The notes: generated from the sequence alone by a model not told the origin. A stretch of DNA of 22,189 bases from Promethearchaeota archaeon (GCA_048938445.1 JBHLME010000073.1:1-22189), one strand, 5' to 3'. Positions 1 through 8,900 are shown, counted from the stretch's first letter. Numbers and translations: made by a program.

Positions 1-124
1 ATAAAAATAAACATGTTACACGATTTAAAATTATCTTTAATAAAAAATAAAAAATTTTATTTTTTCACTAGCATTAGAAAATAACAATTAAATCTGTTTT
101 TATAATAAATAAGGTTAAGAAATA

Positions 125-502
125 ATGAATCCTAACGAGTTTGCCCAAAAACTGATAGAAGTTCAAGAATTAATGAAAGATGAGAATTATGAAGAAGCGA
201 TCATAATTCTTGAAAAATTAAAACTAATTGATCAAAAAGGAGATTTTGATTATAATTTAACTCATAAATTATATCAATTGATTTCAAACTCTCATTCTCT
301 GTATAACCAACAAGTAATAGTTAATGAAATAAATTCAATGATGATAAAAAAAAAGGTTATTACAATCAATGAGTTAAATCAACTTATCAGTGAGCGGACA
401 CATTTAAGTCTTGATGATAAAGAATTTAAGAAAGAAGTTGAACTTTTAATTTTAAGGGGATTATTAACGGGTTATATTGAAGGAGACCTATTAATTTTTT
501 AA
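125..502 (+). CDS. Small helical protein: TPR-like helical hairpin plus C-terminal winged helix resembling a PCI domain
   Basis: N-terminal ENYEEAIIILEKL is TPR-like. C-terminal ITINELNQL...EVELLILRGLLTGYIEGDLLIF matches the PCI winged-helix pattern (isl.ela...evE..l..lI..g.i.g.Id) by eye. Confidence 0.55.
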   Translation: MNPNEFAQKLIEVQELMKDENYEEAIIILEKLKLIDQKGDFDYNLTHKLYQLISNSHSLYNQQVIVNEINSMMIKKKVITINELNQLISERTHLSLDDKEFKKEVELLILRGLLTGYIEGDLLIF

Positions 503-605
503 TTCTATATCCAATTATAATTAATACTATATGAAATTAGAAAAATAAAATGGTTTTTTATACTTTTATCTTAAAAAATCATTAAATAGCGGATGACTTT
601 AATTT

Positions 606-1217
606 ATGATAATAAACTCATTTGACAAATCAGTCAGTATCAAAATCGTGTATTTTGGACCTGCCCTCTCGGGGAAAACCACTTCATTAAGATCTCTTTT
701 TACCTATCTTAATAAATCAGATGATATAATTAGTATTGAAAACACGTTAAACAGAACACTTTTCTTTGATTATGGTACACTTATTTTCCAGAATGAGAAA
801 TGGGATTTAAAAATTCATATATATAGCACAACAGGACAAGATTTTTACATCGTAACTCGTCCTACTACATTAAAAGGGATTGATGGACTAATATTTGTCG
901 CCGACTCTCAAATAGAAGCGTATGAAAGAAACCTTACCTCATGGCGTGAGTTAATTTCATATTTTGGAACTTCGATTGAGAACCTACCTATCATTATTAA
1001 TTTTAATAAGCAAGATCTTAAGGAAAAATTCAAATCAATGCGTTTTATGAATGAAATTAATTATAAAAGACTTAATAATCTTGGTGTTGAATATACTGCT
1101 GCTATAAATGGAAAAGGAATCATAGATAGTTTTGAACAAGTTCTTAAATTAATATTTCAAGACTTTACAAATAGCCAATTACTATCTAATGAAGGTTCTT
1201 ATTTTTTATATGTCTAA
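606..1217 (+). CDS. mglA: MglA-like small GTPase (Ras superfamily)
   Basis: KIVYFGPALSGKTT (G1), RTLFFDY (MglA switch I containing the intrinsic Arg), STTGQDFY (TxPGQ-type G3), LKGIDGLIFVADSQ and NKQD (G4) are all typical of MglA. Confidence 0.85.
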   Translation: MIINSFDKSVSIKIVYFGPALSGKTTSLRSLFTYLNKSDDIISIENTLNRTLFFDYGTLIFQNEKWDLKIHIYSTTGQDFYIVTRPTTLKGIDGLIFVADSQIEAYERNLTSWRELISYFGTSIENLPIIINFNKQDLKEKFKSMRFMNEINYKRLNNLGVEYTAAINGKGIIDSFEQVLKLIFQDFTNSQLLSNEGSYFLYV

Positions 1218-1339
1218 TTTATAATCATATTATTGGCTTATATTTTTAAAATACAAATTTTTATTTTTCTTTCTTAAATAATAAAAAAATGCTTAGTTTC
1301 AAAAAAAATATTCACAGATAAAATTATAATGAAAAATGA

Positions 1340-2134
1340 CTATTTTTTATTGATATAATTTAAAAAGGCTTTCACAATAATATGAAATCTTTCGTCTCTT
1401 ACAGCAGATAAATGGTCACATCCTTGAATTTGGAAATGGCATGCCCCTGGCATTGTTTCTGCAAAAATTGTTTTATTTTGAAGCAATATATCATCAGTAC
1501 CGGCTACAGATAATACGGGGATTTTAACTTTTTTAAATACTGATTTTACACTCTTAAGTGAGTCAAACAAAATATTTTCGTCCTTATTTACAAAATTTCC
1601 TTTCATGACTGTAGCTAACACTTTTGGATCTTCTCCAGTAGAATCAGCAAATTTTCGGAAATTTAGAGCAATGGGATTTTTTATATCATTAATGTTATCT
1701 ATTTTAAGTGCTTCGACGATAGGTCCGTAAAGTTGGTTTATAGACTCTGGTTTTAAAGCTATTGGCGTATATCCTCCTATAATTGCACTATTAACACGTT
1801 CTGGTTCTGATAACAAAATACTTAAGGCAATACTTCCTCCCATCGAGTACCCGAAGAAATTTGCCTTGGAAATTGATAGATGGTCCATTAATTTAATAAT
1901 ATCTTCTCTCATGTATGCTCCATATTGTTTAGGATCATCTGGCTTGTCGCTTTTACCGTGGCCACGACAATCTACCAAAATTAATCTATTGTCATCCTTT
2001 AGAGTGGATATCCAATTTGTTTCGCGCCAATTTATATCGATATTTGCAGCAAAACCATGAATCATTATTAAATCCGGTCCTTTGCCTTCAATTTCGTAAT
2101 GAATTTTAACTTGATTATTATTAAAATCCGGCAT
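1340..2134 (-). CDS. Alpha/beta-fold hydrolase
   Basis: HGF oxyanion motif, DCRGHGKS, GYSMG nucleophile elbow, GTDD acid residue and CDH catalytic His. Confidence 0.9.
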   Translation of the reverse strand: MPDFNNNQVKIHYEIEGKGPDLIMIHGFAANIDINWRETNWISTLKDDNRLILVDCRGHGKSDKPDDPKQYGAYMREDIIKLMDHLSISKANFFGYSMGGSIALSILLSEPERVNSAIIGGYTPIALKPESINQLYGPIVEALKIDNINDIKNPIALNFRKFADSTGEDPKVLATVMKGNFVNKDENILFDSLKSVKSVFKKVKIPVLSVAGTDDILLQNKTIFAETMPGACHFQIQGCDHLSAVRDERFHIIVKAFLNYINKK

Positions 2135-2271
2135 TTTAATTACCCAAAATAGGTATGATTAAAACAATATAATCGAATTAAATTAATAAACTTTATCCAA
2201 GATTAAAGTTGGTTTTAAGAAAATTATATTATAATTTTAGCAGATTTCATTAATATATTTTACCTATTACT

Positions 2272-2454
2272 CTAATCATGGTGTATTCGCTCATTTATTG
2301 TTGAGCGTAAAAGGGATATTTTTATTTTTTTCTTATTAAAACCTACCGTTTCAATAATTTTGATGATTTTTAGTCGTTTGGCTTTCCCTTTTAAGCCTTC
2401 TTCTTGCATAAATTCATTTGCGTAATTTTCAATATCTGATTTATCAACCATCAA
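2272..2454 (-). CDS. Small hypothetical protein (basic, helical)
   Basis: 60-aa ORF with a protein-like K/E-rich composition in an otherwise empty intergenic space; no recognised motif. Confidence 0.55.
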   Translation of the reverse strand: MMVDKSDIENYANEFMQEEGLKGKAKRLKIIKIIETVGFNKKKIKISLLRSTINERIHHD

Positions 2455-2660
2455 TAGACAAAATGAATCAATTAAAATAAAGTTGTATGAAATGGATCAC
2501 ATGAGTGTAAAATTTCAAAAAATAAATTATTAAAATTAAACAGAAAAAATAAATTAATTTGAATATTTCCTAATTCAAGGATTTTAGAATCATTTTAAAC
2601 ATATTTAAAAAAATTATTAATAAGAATAATGGTGAATCTATAAAAAAAGGTATTAGAATT

Positions 2661-4670
2661 ATGTCTGATAATAAACAGACCATTAGTGATATAAGAATCG
2701 GAGTTTATGTCTGTAGATGAGGGGTAAATATCGGAGCACACGTAGATTGCGATGCTGTCAGAGATTTTGTTGAACCATTGCCTAATGTTGTAATTGCTCG
2801 AACTAATGATTTTACTTGTAGCGATCCTGGTCAACAAACAATAAAAAATGATATTCTAGAATTAGATTTAAACAGAATCGTGGTTGCCGCTTGCACACCT
2901 AAAATTCATGAACCTACATATAGAGCAGTCTTAATGGAAGCAGGTTTGAGCCCTTATTATTTTGAAATGGTTAACATGCGGGAACATTGTTCCTTCGTGC
3001 ATCAAGATGATAAAGAAAAAGCGACTCAAAAAGCTATGAGACTCATATTAGCAGGGATAAATCGAGCTCGAGAACTTGAATCAATACCTAGAAAAGAAAT
3101 TTCTATTAAAAAAGCGGCTTTAGTTATTGGAGCAGGCATTGCAGGTATGAATGCTGCATTAGATTTAGCAAGCCAAGGAATACAGGTATACCTTGTGGAA
3201 AAGGAAGCTACAATAGGAGGCAAAATGGCACAATTAGACCGTATCTTTCCTACGGATGATTGTGGTATATGAGTTCTTGCTCCTATTATGGTTAATGCTT
3301 CAAAACATCCTAATATTGAATTATTAACATATAGCGACATAATTGAATTTAGAGGTATTACTGGAGATTATAAAGTGAAGATTCGAAAGAATCCAAGATT
3401 TGTTGATGAGTCAAAATGCACGGGTTGCGGATTATGCACGACTAAATGCCCAGTTAAGGTCCCTAATGAATTTGATAGGGGAATTGGAGAACGAAGAGCT
3501 GTATATATCCCTTTCCCACAAGCAGTACCGAAATATGCCATTATTGACAAATCGGCTTGCATAGATTGCAAAAATTGTGAGCGAATATGTCCTGCTGAAG
3601 CAATTCTTTTTGATCAAGAGCCAGAATTTTTAGATATTAATGTAGGTGCTGTAATTGTCGCAACAGGATGGGATGAATATCCAATAATCGAAAGTGGAGA
3701 ATATAAGTATGGTTTATATCCTGATGTAATTACTCAAATCGAACTTGAACGAATGTTAAGTCCAATTGGACCAACTGGAGGCCATGTATATAGAATTTCA
3801 GATGGTAAGACACCTCAAAAAGTTGCTATGATCCAGTGTGTTGGTTCAAGGACTTTACGAGGAAATCAATATTGTTCTGGAGTTTGCTGTAATGTTGCTT
3901 TAAAAAATGCTCAATTGCTCAAGCAAGAGTATCCCAACATAGAAATTATTCTCTTTTACATTGATATCAGAACGACAGATAAGAATAATGAAGAATATTA
4001 TCGTTCAATTAGAGCTCAAAAGATAACTTTCATCAAGGGAAAACCAGGAGATATCAAATTAAATGAAAACGGGACGATGAAATTATTTTATGATAATTCT
4101 TTATCGGGTGATGTATCATCATTGGATTTTGATCTTGTCGTCCTATCGACTGGAATTGTTCCTTCGAAAGGAACAAATGAAATGATTGAAACTATGGGTC
4201 TTGGAAAAGGACCTAATGGGTTTTTGACTGAAATTCATGGGTGTTTAAAGCCACAAGAAACTAAAACAATGGGAATTTATATATGTGGATGCGCTGCGGG
4301 TCCAAAGAACATTCCTTATTCCGTTTCAACAGCGCTTGCTGCTGCGAGTAAAGCTGCAACTTTACTCTCCAACGATACGATTAGACAAGAACTAATCATA
4401 GCTGAAATTAATGAAGATCTCTGTATGGGATGTCATAGATGTGAAAAGCTTTGTGAATATGAGGCAATTAAGGTAAATGCGGAGGGAATAGCGGAAGTTG
4501 ATGATCTTAAATGTAAGGGATGTGGAGTTTGTGTTACATCTTGTCCAGCTAAAGCAATAGATCTCAAATATTATCGTGAGAAACAATTTAAAGAAATAAT
4601 CAAGGGAATTGGCGCTGTTGGTATTGATTTGACTATTAAGAAAGAAGTACAAAAAGTAGGAGAGGAATAA
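2661..4670 (+). CDS. hdrA: Heterodisulfide reductase subunit A-like flavoprotein, selenoprotein (669 aa; Sec20 at TGA 2718-2720, Sec204 at TGA 3270-3272)
   Basis: One frame from ATG 2661 reads MSDNKQTISDIRIGVYVCR*GVNIG (HdrA RIGVYVCHCG motif), then VVAACTP, VIGAGIAG (FAD binding), FPTDDCGI*VLAPIM, ferredoxin motifs, QCVGSR, CSGVCC and C-terminal 2x[4Fe-4S]. ORFs 2778-3272 and 3288-4670 are in this same frame. Confidence 0.95.
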
Positions 4671-4691
4671 ACAAATTAGAAGTGATAAATT

Positions 4692-5123
4692 TTGAAACAA
4701 ATTGAAAAAGAAATACCAAGAAGAATAATTGGATTTGGTTGTGAGAAATGAGGATATTCAGCTGCCGATCTGACTGGTACGACCAGAAAATCATATTCAA
4801 CATCATTTCATCTCATTCGAGTTAGATGTACTGGAAGAATAGGAATTGATTTAATTATGGAAAGTTTTCTAAATGGCGCTGATGGTGTAGCAATAATCTC
4901 TTGAAAAAAAGGAGAATGTGAATTTGGAAGGGGAAATATGAATACTTATGACCACGTGCTCTTTTTAAAGAGACTTTTCAATCATTTAGGAATCTCAGGA
5001 GAAAGAATACAACAATATTTTTGTAGTGCTGCAGAAGTAGAAAACTTTGTATCATCAGTCAACGATATCACAAAAAAAATTGAAAGCTTACCCCCTTTAC
5101 CGAAAAATTTTAATCCGAAATGA
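4692..5123 (+). CDS. mvhD: MvhD/VhuD [2Fe-2S] hydrogenase delta subunit, selenoprotein (143 aa; Sec20 at TGA 4749-4751, Sec71 at TGA 4902-4904)
   Basis: From TTG 4692: MKQIEKEIPRRIIGFGCEK*GYSAADLTGTTRKSY...IRVRCTGRI...NGADGVAIIS*KKGECEFGRGN...LGISGERI...CSAAE. This matches the MvhD motifs CNWCSYxxAD, RVxCSGR and GADGVxxxGCxxGDC, with both TGAs at Cys positions. The start codon is inferred. Confidence 0.93.
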
Positions 5124-5183
5124 ATGATTCTTAAGAAAAAATTATAGTCTTGAGAAGACACGCCACTGCGAGGTTATTCGGAT
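5113..5183 (+). promoter_or_regulatory. SECIS element of eukaryote-like type (selenocysteine insertion RNA structure)
   Basis: ATGA at 5124-5127. Stem TTCTTAAGA (5128-5136) pairs with TCTTGAGAA (5148-5156). Apical loop starts AAAAA (5137-5141) and GA is at 5157-5158. Lower helix ATCCGAA (5113-5119) pairs with TTCGGAT (5177-5183). It lies directly 3' of two TGA-containing genes. Confidence 0.85.
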
Positions 5184-5223
5184 AATTTAAACAAATAAAT
5201 AAAAAAAGAATTTTAAACTGATA

Positions 5224-6720
5224 ATGAGTTCTGAGAGTAAAATTTCATGGAATTTTTTAAAAAATGTAAGTGATGTATTAAACTCATATAGGATTAGAGC
5301 GTTATTAGACGCAAAAAAGGACGTATTAGAATCGGGGATTTATAATGAATCTGAGTTCTATGATATCCTATTTAAAATGTTTGATGAGGAGCGATTGAAA
5401 TATGCATTTTTTGACTTTTTAAAATCAAAAAAAAGCCATGGTTTTGACTCCTTAGAACAATTTGCAAATGATAATTCTATTGAAATAACTAAAGCTTATT
5501 CTTTATTAGAATTACTAAGAAATGAAAACCTCGTTCACATTCAAGAATTAATTGATGTTATAGAAGATGGTGATGATAAGCCTCCTAAAAGAAACTTTAA
5601 AGGATTATCATTTTATATATCTAATAGTGATTTGTCCAAAATTAGATCTGTTTATGAACCTGTTAAGGTCATATTTGACTCGAAAATATGCTCTGGATGT
5701 GGTTTGTGTGCAGGAATATGTCCTGTAAATTGTATTGAAATTAATAATGGATTTGGAAAAATTGATGATGACAAATGTATAAGATGTGGTTTATGTTATT
5801 TCATTTGTCCTAGATCATTTTTACCCACTCGAGTCTTGAGAATGACTCAAGATAGTATCTCAGAAATTAAAGATTATGGGAATTTTGGACCATTTATTAA
5901 AGCATTTTGTGCTAGGACTAAGGTTAAAGAAATTGCAGAAGAATGTCAAGATGGTGGAATCTCAAGTACTTGCTTATATCATTTATTAGATTCAAAAAGA
6001 ATCGATTTTGCATTAGGTGCAACAATGAGTAAAGATCCTTGGAGACCTGAACCCATTTTAATAGAGGGAAAAGAGGATATTATTAAATCAGCAGGAACAA
6101 AGTATGTGAATAATCCAAATTTAATGTTATTAAATGATGAACGCGTTCATGGAAAAAATTTGGCTGTAGTGGGAGTTCCATGTCAAATGCAAGCATTATT
6201 AAAATCTCAAATTTATAACATTGGTTTCCCTTCATTGAATAAAATAAAATATCGAATAGGAATATTTTGTATGGAATCTTTTCCATATGCGGAGGGTTTC
6301 TTGAAAATATGTGAAAAACTTAATGTTAATGTAATTGATGTCAAAAAAACGGATATCAACAAAGGAAAATTCTTTATTTACACGAAGTCCGGTGAAGAAT
6401 TAAATATTCCCATAAAAGAAATAAGTGATTTAGCCAGAATTGACTGTGAATTTTGTCATGATTTAACCTCTGAATCTGCAGACATTTCTGTTGGTTCTAT
6501 TGGTGCTCCGGTAGGATGGAACACAGTTATTATCCGGACTGAAAAAGGCAAAGAACTATATGATGAGTTAATAGAACATGATCTGATTGAGTCAAAAGAT
6601 ATCAATGATGTTAAACCGGGATTGCCATTACTCTCTAAAATTGCTGGTAATAAACGAAAGAAATGTGAAAATCACGTTAATTCTAAAATAAATTCAAATC
6701 AAAGGTTTCCAAGATATTAA
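5224..6720 (+). CDS. FrhB/FdhB-family (F420-reactive beta subunit-like) protein with 2x[4Fe-4S] domain and ~140-aa N-terminal extension
   Basis: CSGCGLCAGICP and CIRCGLCYFICP, QDGG, SAGTKY, VGVPCQ, IGIFCMESF, CEFCHD and ADISVGSIG are FrhB hallmark motifs. Confidence 0.9.
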   Translation: MSSESKISWNFLKNVSDVLNSYRIRALLDAKKDVLESGIYNESEFYDILFKMFDEERLKYAFFDFLKSKKSHGFDSLEQFANDNSIEITKAYSLLELLRNENLVHIQELIDVIEDGDDKPPKRNFKGLSFYISNSDLSKIRSVYEPVKVIFDSKICSGCGLCAGICPVNCIEINNGFGKIDDDKCIRCGLCYFICPRSFLPTRVLRMTQDSISEIKDYGNFGPFIKAFCARTKVKEIAEECQDGGISSTCLYHLLDSKRIDFALGATMSKDPWRPEPILIEGKEDIIKSAGTKYVNNPNLMLLNDERVHGKNLAVVGVPCQMQALLKSQIYNIGFPSLNKIKYRIGIFCMESFPYAEGFLKICEKLNVNVIDVKKTDINKGKFFIYTKSGEELNIPIKEISDLARIDCEFCHDLTSESADISVGSIGAPVGWNTVIIRTEKGKELYDELIEHDLIESKDINDVKPGLPLLSKIAGNKRKKCENHVNSKINSNQRFPRY

Positions 6721-7922
6721 AAAAAGTCTGCCGATACAGGCGTTTGAATTCTTATCAAATTTTGATTATTATCCTCGAAAATAGATATAATCGCAGAGAT
6801 ATTCTGTTTGGTTTCATAGACTATTTCCTTTATTTCACCTTTCCCCCATTTATTAAATCCAGTTAAAGAAGGCGCTGTTTCAAACAAACCTTCTTGAAGA
6901 CCTGTTAGTTTTACCGTAACCCCTTTAAGATCCTGTTTTGAAATGTTTTCCATTCGAATAGTGTATTTTTCAATATCAGATTCTATTGATTTTACTTTAA
7001 TGATCTTTTGAAATTTTGATGAGATATCGCTAAATAACGATGGAGAACTACCACTATCTTTTGAAAATAGGGTAGTTTCTGCTTCTTTTTCACTTAAAGG
7101 CTGTGATACTATAGATATAGGAACATCAAATTTTATCACATCATGTCCAAATTCTGGTTTTTTCTTTCCTATGACCATGAGTGACCAATTTGAATAATCT
7201 CCGTATTTCAAACCCCAATATTCTTTTTCTGAAGGTTCCCATAAATAATTATGACTAGGTTCGGCAATCTCTGGAATTTTTAAGAGTACATACCCTTCAT
7301 CAGTATTTTTGGTCTTAACATCTCCAGCTATCGCAGGGGGTAATTCTTCAACTTTCCTGCAAGAATTGCCATATGCTTCACAATAACATACTAAATTTGC
7401 TTTTTGTAAGAGTCTTATTTCTATTTCTTTTAAATTCTCAGAATTATACAATATTTTAATGGTTTCTCCTGGCTTAAAGACATCTTTCGCAATATGTATG
7501 CTTAATCCTGAAATTGAGACTGTTACCGGATTTTGTTTGATAGTTTCGAGATTTGATTTATTGATTTTTAATTCAATTTCTCGAGTTCTCTTGATGATCA
7601 AGTCATCATCTTTATTAACAGGATTAACCATTCTAAGAAGCAATTCTACATAATATTCTAAATTCCTTTTCCTTATCGTTGGAATGACGTTATTTTTAAT
7701 GAGAATTGATTTTTCTCGGATATATTCCCCCGCCTCAAAATTGCCTGCGGAAAAAATTTCTTCTTTATTTATTTGGAGCTCTTTTATACAAGGGGTTTTC
7801 GTGATTAATTTGATACCGCTCCATAATAGTGAAGTATCTTCTTCAAAATCAAACCTTGTAGTAATGTTTAACTTGTCACCAATGACAACTGATTGATCAC
7901 TCGTATTGAGTCCCAAATTCAT
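6717..7922 (-). CDS. Arrestin-fold (alpha-arrestin/Vps26-like) protein with an extra C-terminal Ig-like domain
   Basis: FEAGEY..SILI...IPT...LEYYVEL (arrestin-N pattern); LSIHIAKDVFKPGETIKI, LLKIPEIAEPS and FDVPISI (arrestin-C pattern). The ATG at 7922 is preferred over 7976 because the upstream 18 codons look non-coding. Confidence 0.7.
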   Translation of the reverse strand: MNLGLNTSDQSVVIGDKLNITTRFDFEEDTSLLWSGIKLITKTPCIKELQINKEEIFSAGNFEAGEYIREKSILIKNNVIPTIRKRNLEYYVELLLRMVNPVNKDDDLIIKRTREIELKINKSNLETIKQNPVTVSISGLSIHIAKDVFKPGETIKILYNSENLKEIEIRLLQKANLVCYCEAYGNSCRKVEELPPAIAGDVKTKNTDEGYVLLKIPEIAEPSHNYLWEPSEKEYWGLKYGDYSNWSLMVIGKKKPEFGHDVIKFDVPISIVSQPLSEKEAETTLFSKDSGSSPSLFSDISSKFQKIIKVKSIESDIEKYTIRMENISKQDLKGVTVKLTGLQEGLFETAPSLTGFNKWGKGEIKEIVYETKQNISAIISIFEDNNQNLIRIQTPVSADFF

Positions 7923-8183
7923 GATATAATTAAATTTTACAGAATTAATGAAATTTATTGTTATGATAACAAGCATTGAATTTTATTAAAATTTTTTTAA
8001 ATAGCGATGATTTTTGAAATACTTGATTTTTCACCTTATTATTTCGAGATTTGATGAATTTATTTTGAATTAATGTAAAATTTAGTTAGAAAAAGTAAAG
8101 AAATTGTATAAAAATGAATAATATTGATAGTTTAAAATAAAAGGAATGTTATGAATATCAATATAATAATTATGGGATGAAAA

Positions 8184-8900
8184 GTGAATATTAAATTAGG
8201 AGATTCAATTAAGGCCATTCTTTTTGACCTTGATGGAACATTGATTGATTGTGATGTTAATTTGTTTACCAGAGATTACCTAAAGAGGTTGTCAACAGTT
8301 TTAGCTCCATTTATTCCGCCAAAAAAGACAATTTCTGCTTTATTAAGAGCATCTAGTGCAATTGATGAGAGTGACGGAAGCAAGATCAATATTGATGCTT
8401 TTCGAGAAATCTTTTTCTCAATAGTAAAACAACCTGAAGAAATAATCAATCCTATCATAGATAAATTCTATGAAACTGAATTTCCTAAATTACAAATACA
8501 CTTTACTACAAGACCAAATGCACGTCCTTTAATGAAGGAAATTTTTATTAAAAATTATAAAGTTGTAATAGCAACCACTCCACTTTTACCTGAAATCGCT
8601 ATACGTCAGAGATTAGACTGGGCTGGAGTAGGAGATTTCCCTTATCACCTTATTACAACGATAGAAAACAGTTATGTTTCAAAATCTTTGACAAATTTAT
8701 TATATTATAAAAATATAATAGATGAGATTGACCTTCCTGCTGAATTATGCTTAATGGTGGGGGATGAAGCAAAAGACATGATTGCAGCAAATCTGGGGTG
8801 TAAGACCTTCTTGGTTGATAGTCCCAATACAAACTTGGATGATTCAATTCCAGAGCCAACATATCACGGAACACTGGCTGACTTAAGGAATTTGATATAA
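8184..8900 (+). CDS. HAD-superfamily hydrolase
   Basis: ILFDLDGTL (motif I), IATT (motif II), SK (motif III) and MVGDEAKD (motif IV); GTG start. Confidence 0.9.
   Translation: MNIKLGDSIKAILFDLDGTLIDCDVNLFTRDYLKRLSTVLAPFIPPKKTISALLRASSAIDESDGSKINIDAFREIFFSIVKQPEEIINPIIDKFYETEFPKLQIHFTTRPNARPLMKEIFIKNYKVVIATTPLLPEIAIRQRLDWAGVGDFPYHLITTIENSYVSKSLTNLLYYKNIIDEIDLPAELCLMVGDEAKDMIAANLGCKTFLVDSPNTNLDDSIPEPTYHGTLADLRNLI

Noticed and set aside
2463-2491. ATGA-ATCAATT-AAAATAA-AGTTGTAT-GA upstream of hdrA, a possible 5' SECIS
   Set aside because: The stem is only ~7 mostly A-U/G-U pairs with a bulge and has no convincing lower helix. This is expected by chance in such AT-rich DNA, and it may lie outside the hdrA transcript.
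2718-4751. The first Sec is codon 20 in both hdrA and mvhD
   Set aside because: Both positions are dictated by N-terminal family motifs and the mvhD start is inferred, so this is likely coincidence.
2661-5123. hdrA and mvhD as pseudogenes, or a UGA=Trp/Gly genetic code
   Set aside because: All four TGAs fall on conserved Cys positions with no frameshifts and a SECIS follows. TGA is an ordinary stop for other genes here (ending at 9941, 13978 and 15289), and Trp is encoded by TGG.
2778-5123. ORF-track calls 2778-3272, 3288-4670 and 4938-5123 as separate genes
   Set aside because: They are in-frame fragments of the two selenoprotein genes.
6717-6720. Convergent frhB-like and arrestin-like genes sharing a TTAA stop overlap
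   Set aside because: A 4-nt convergent overlap is common in compact AT-rich genomes and is not evidence of function.
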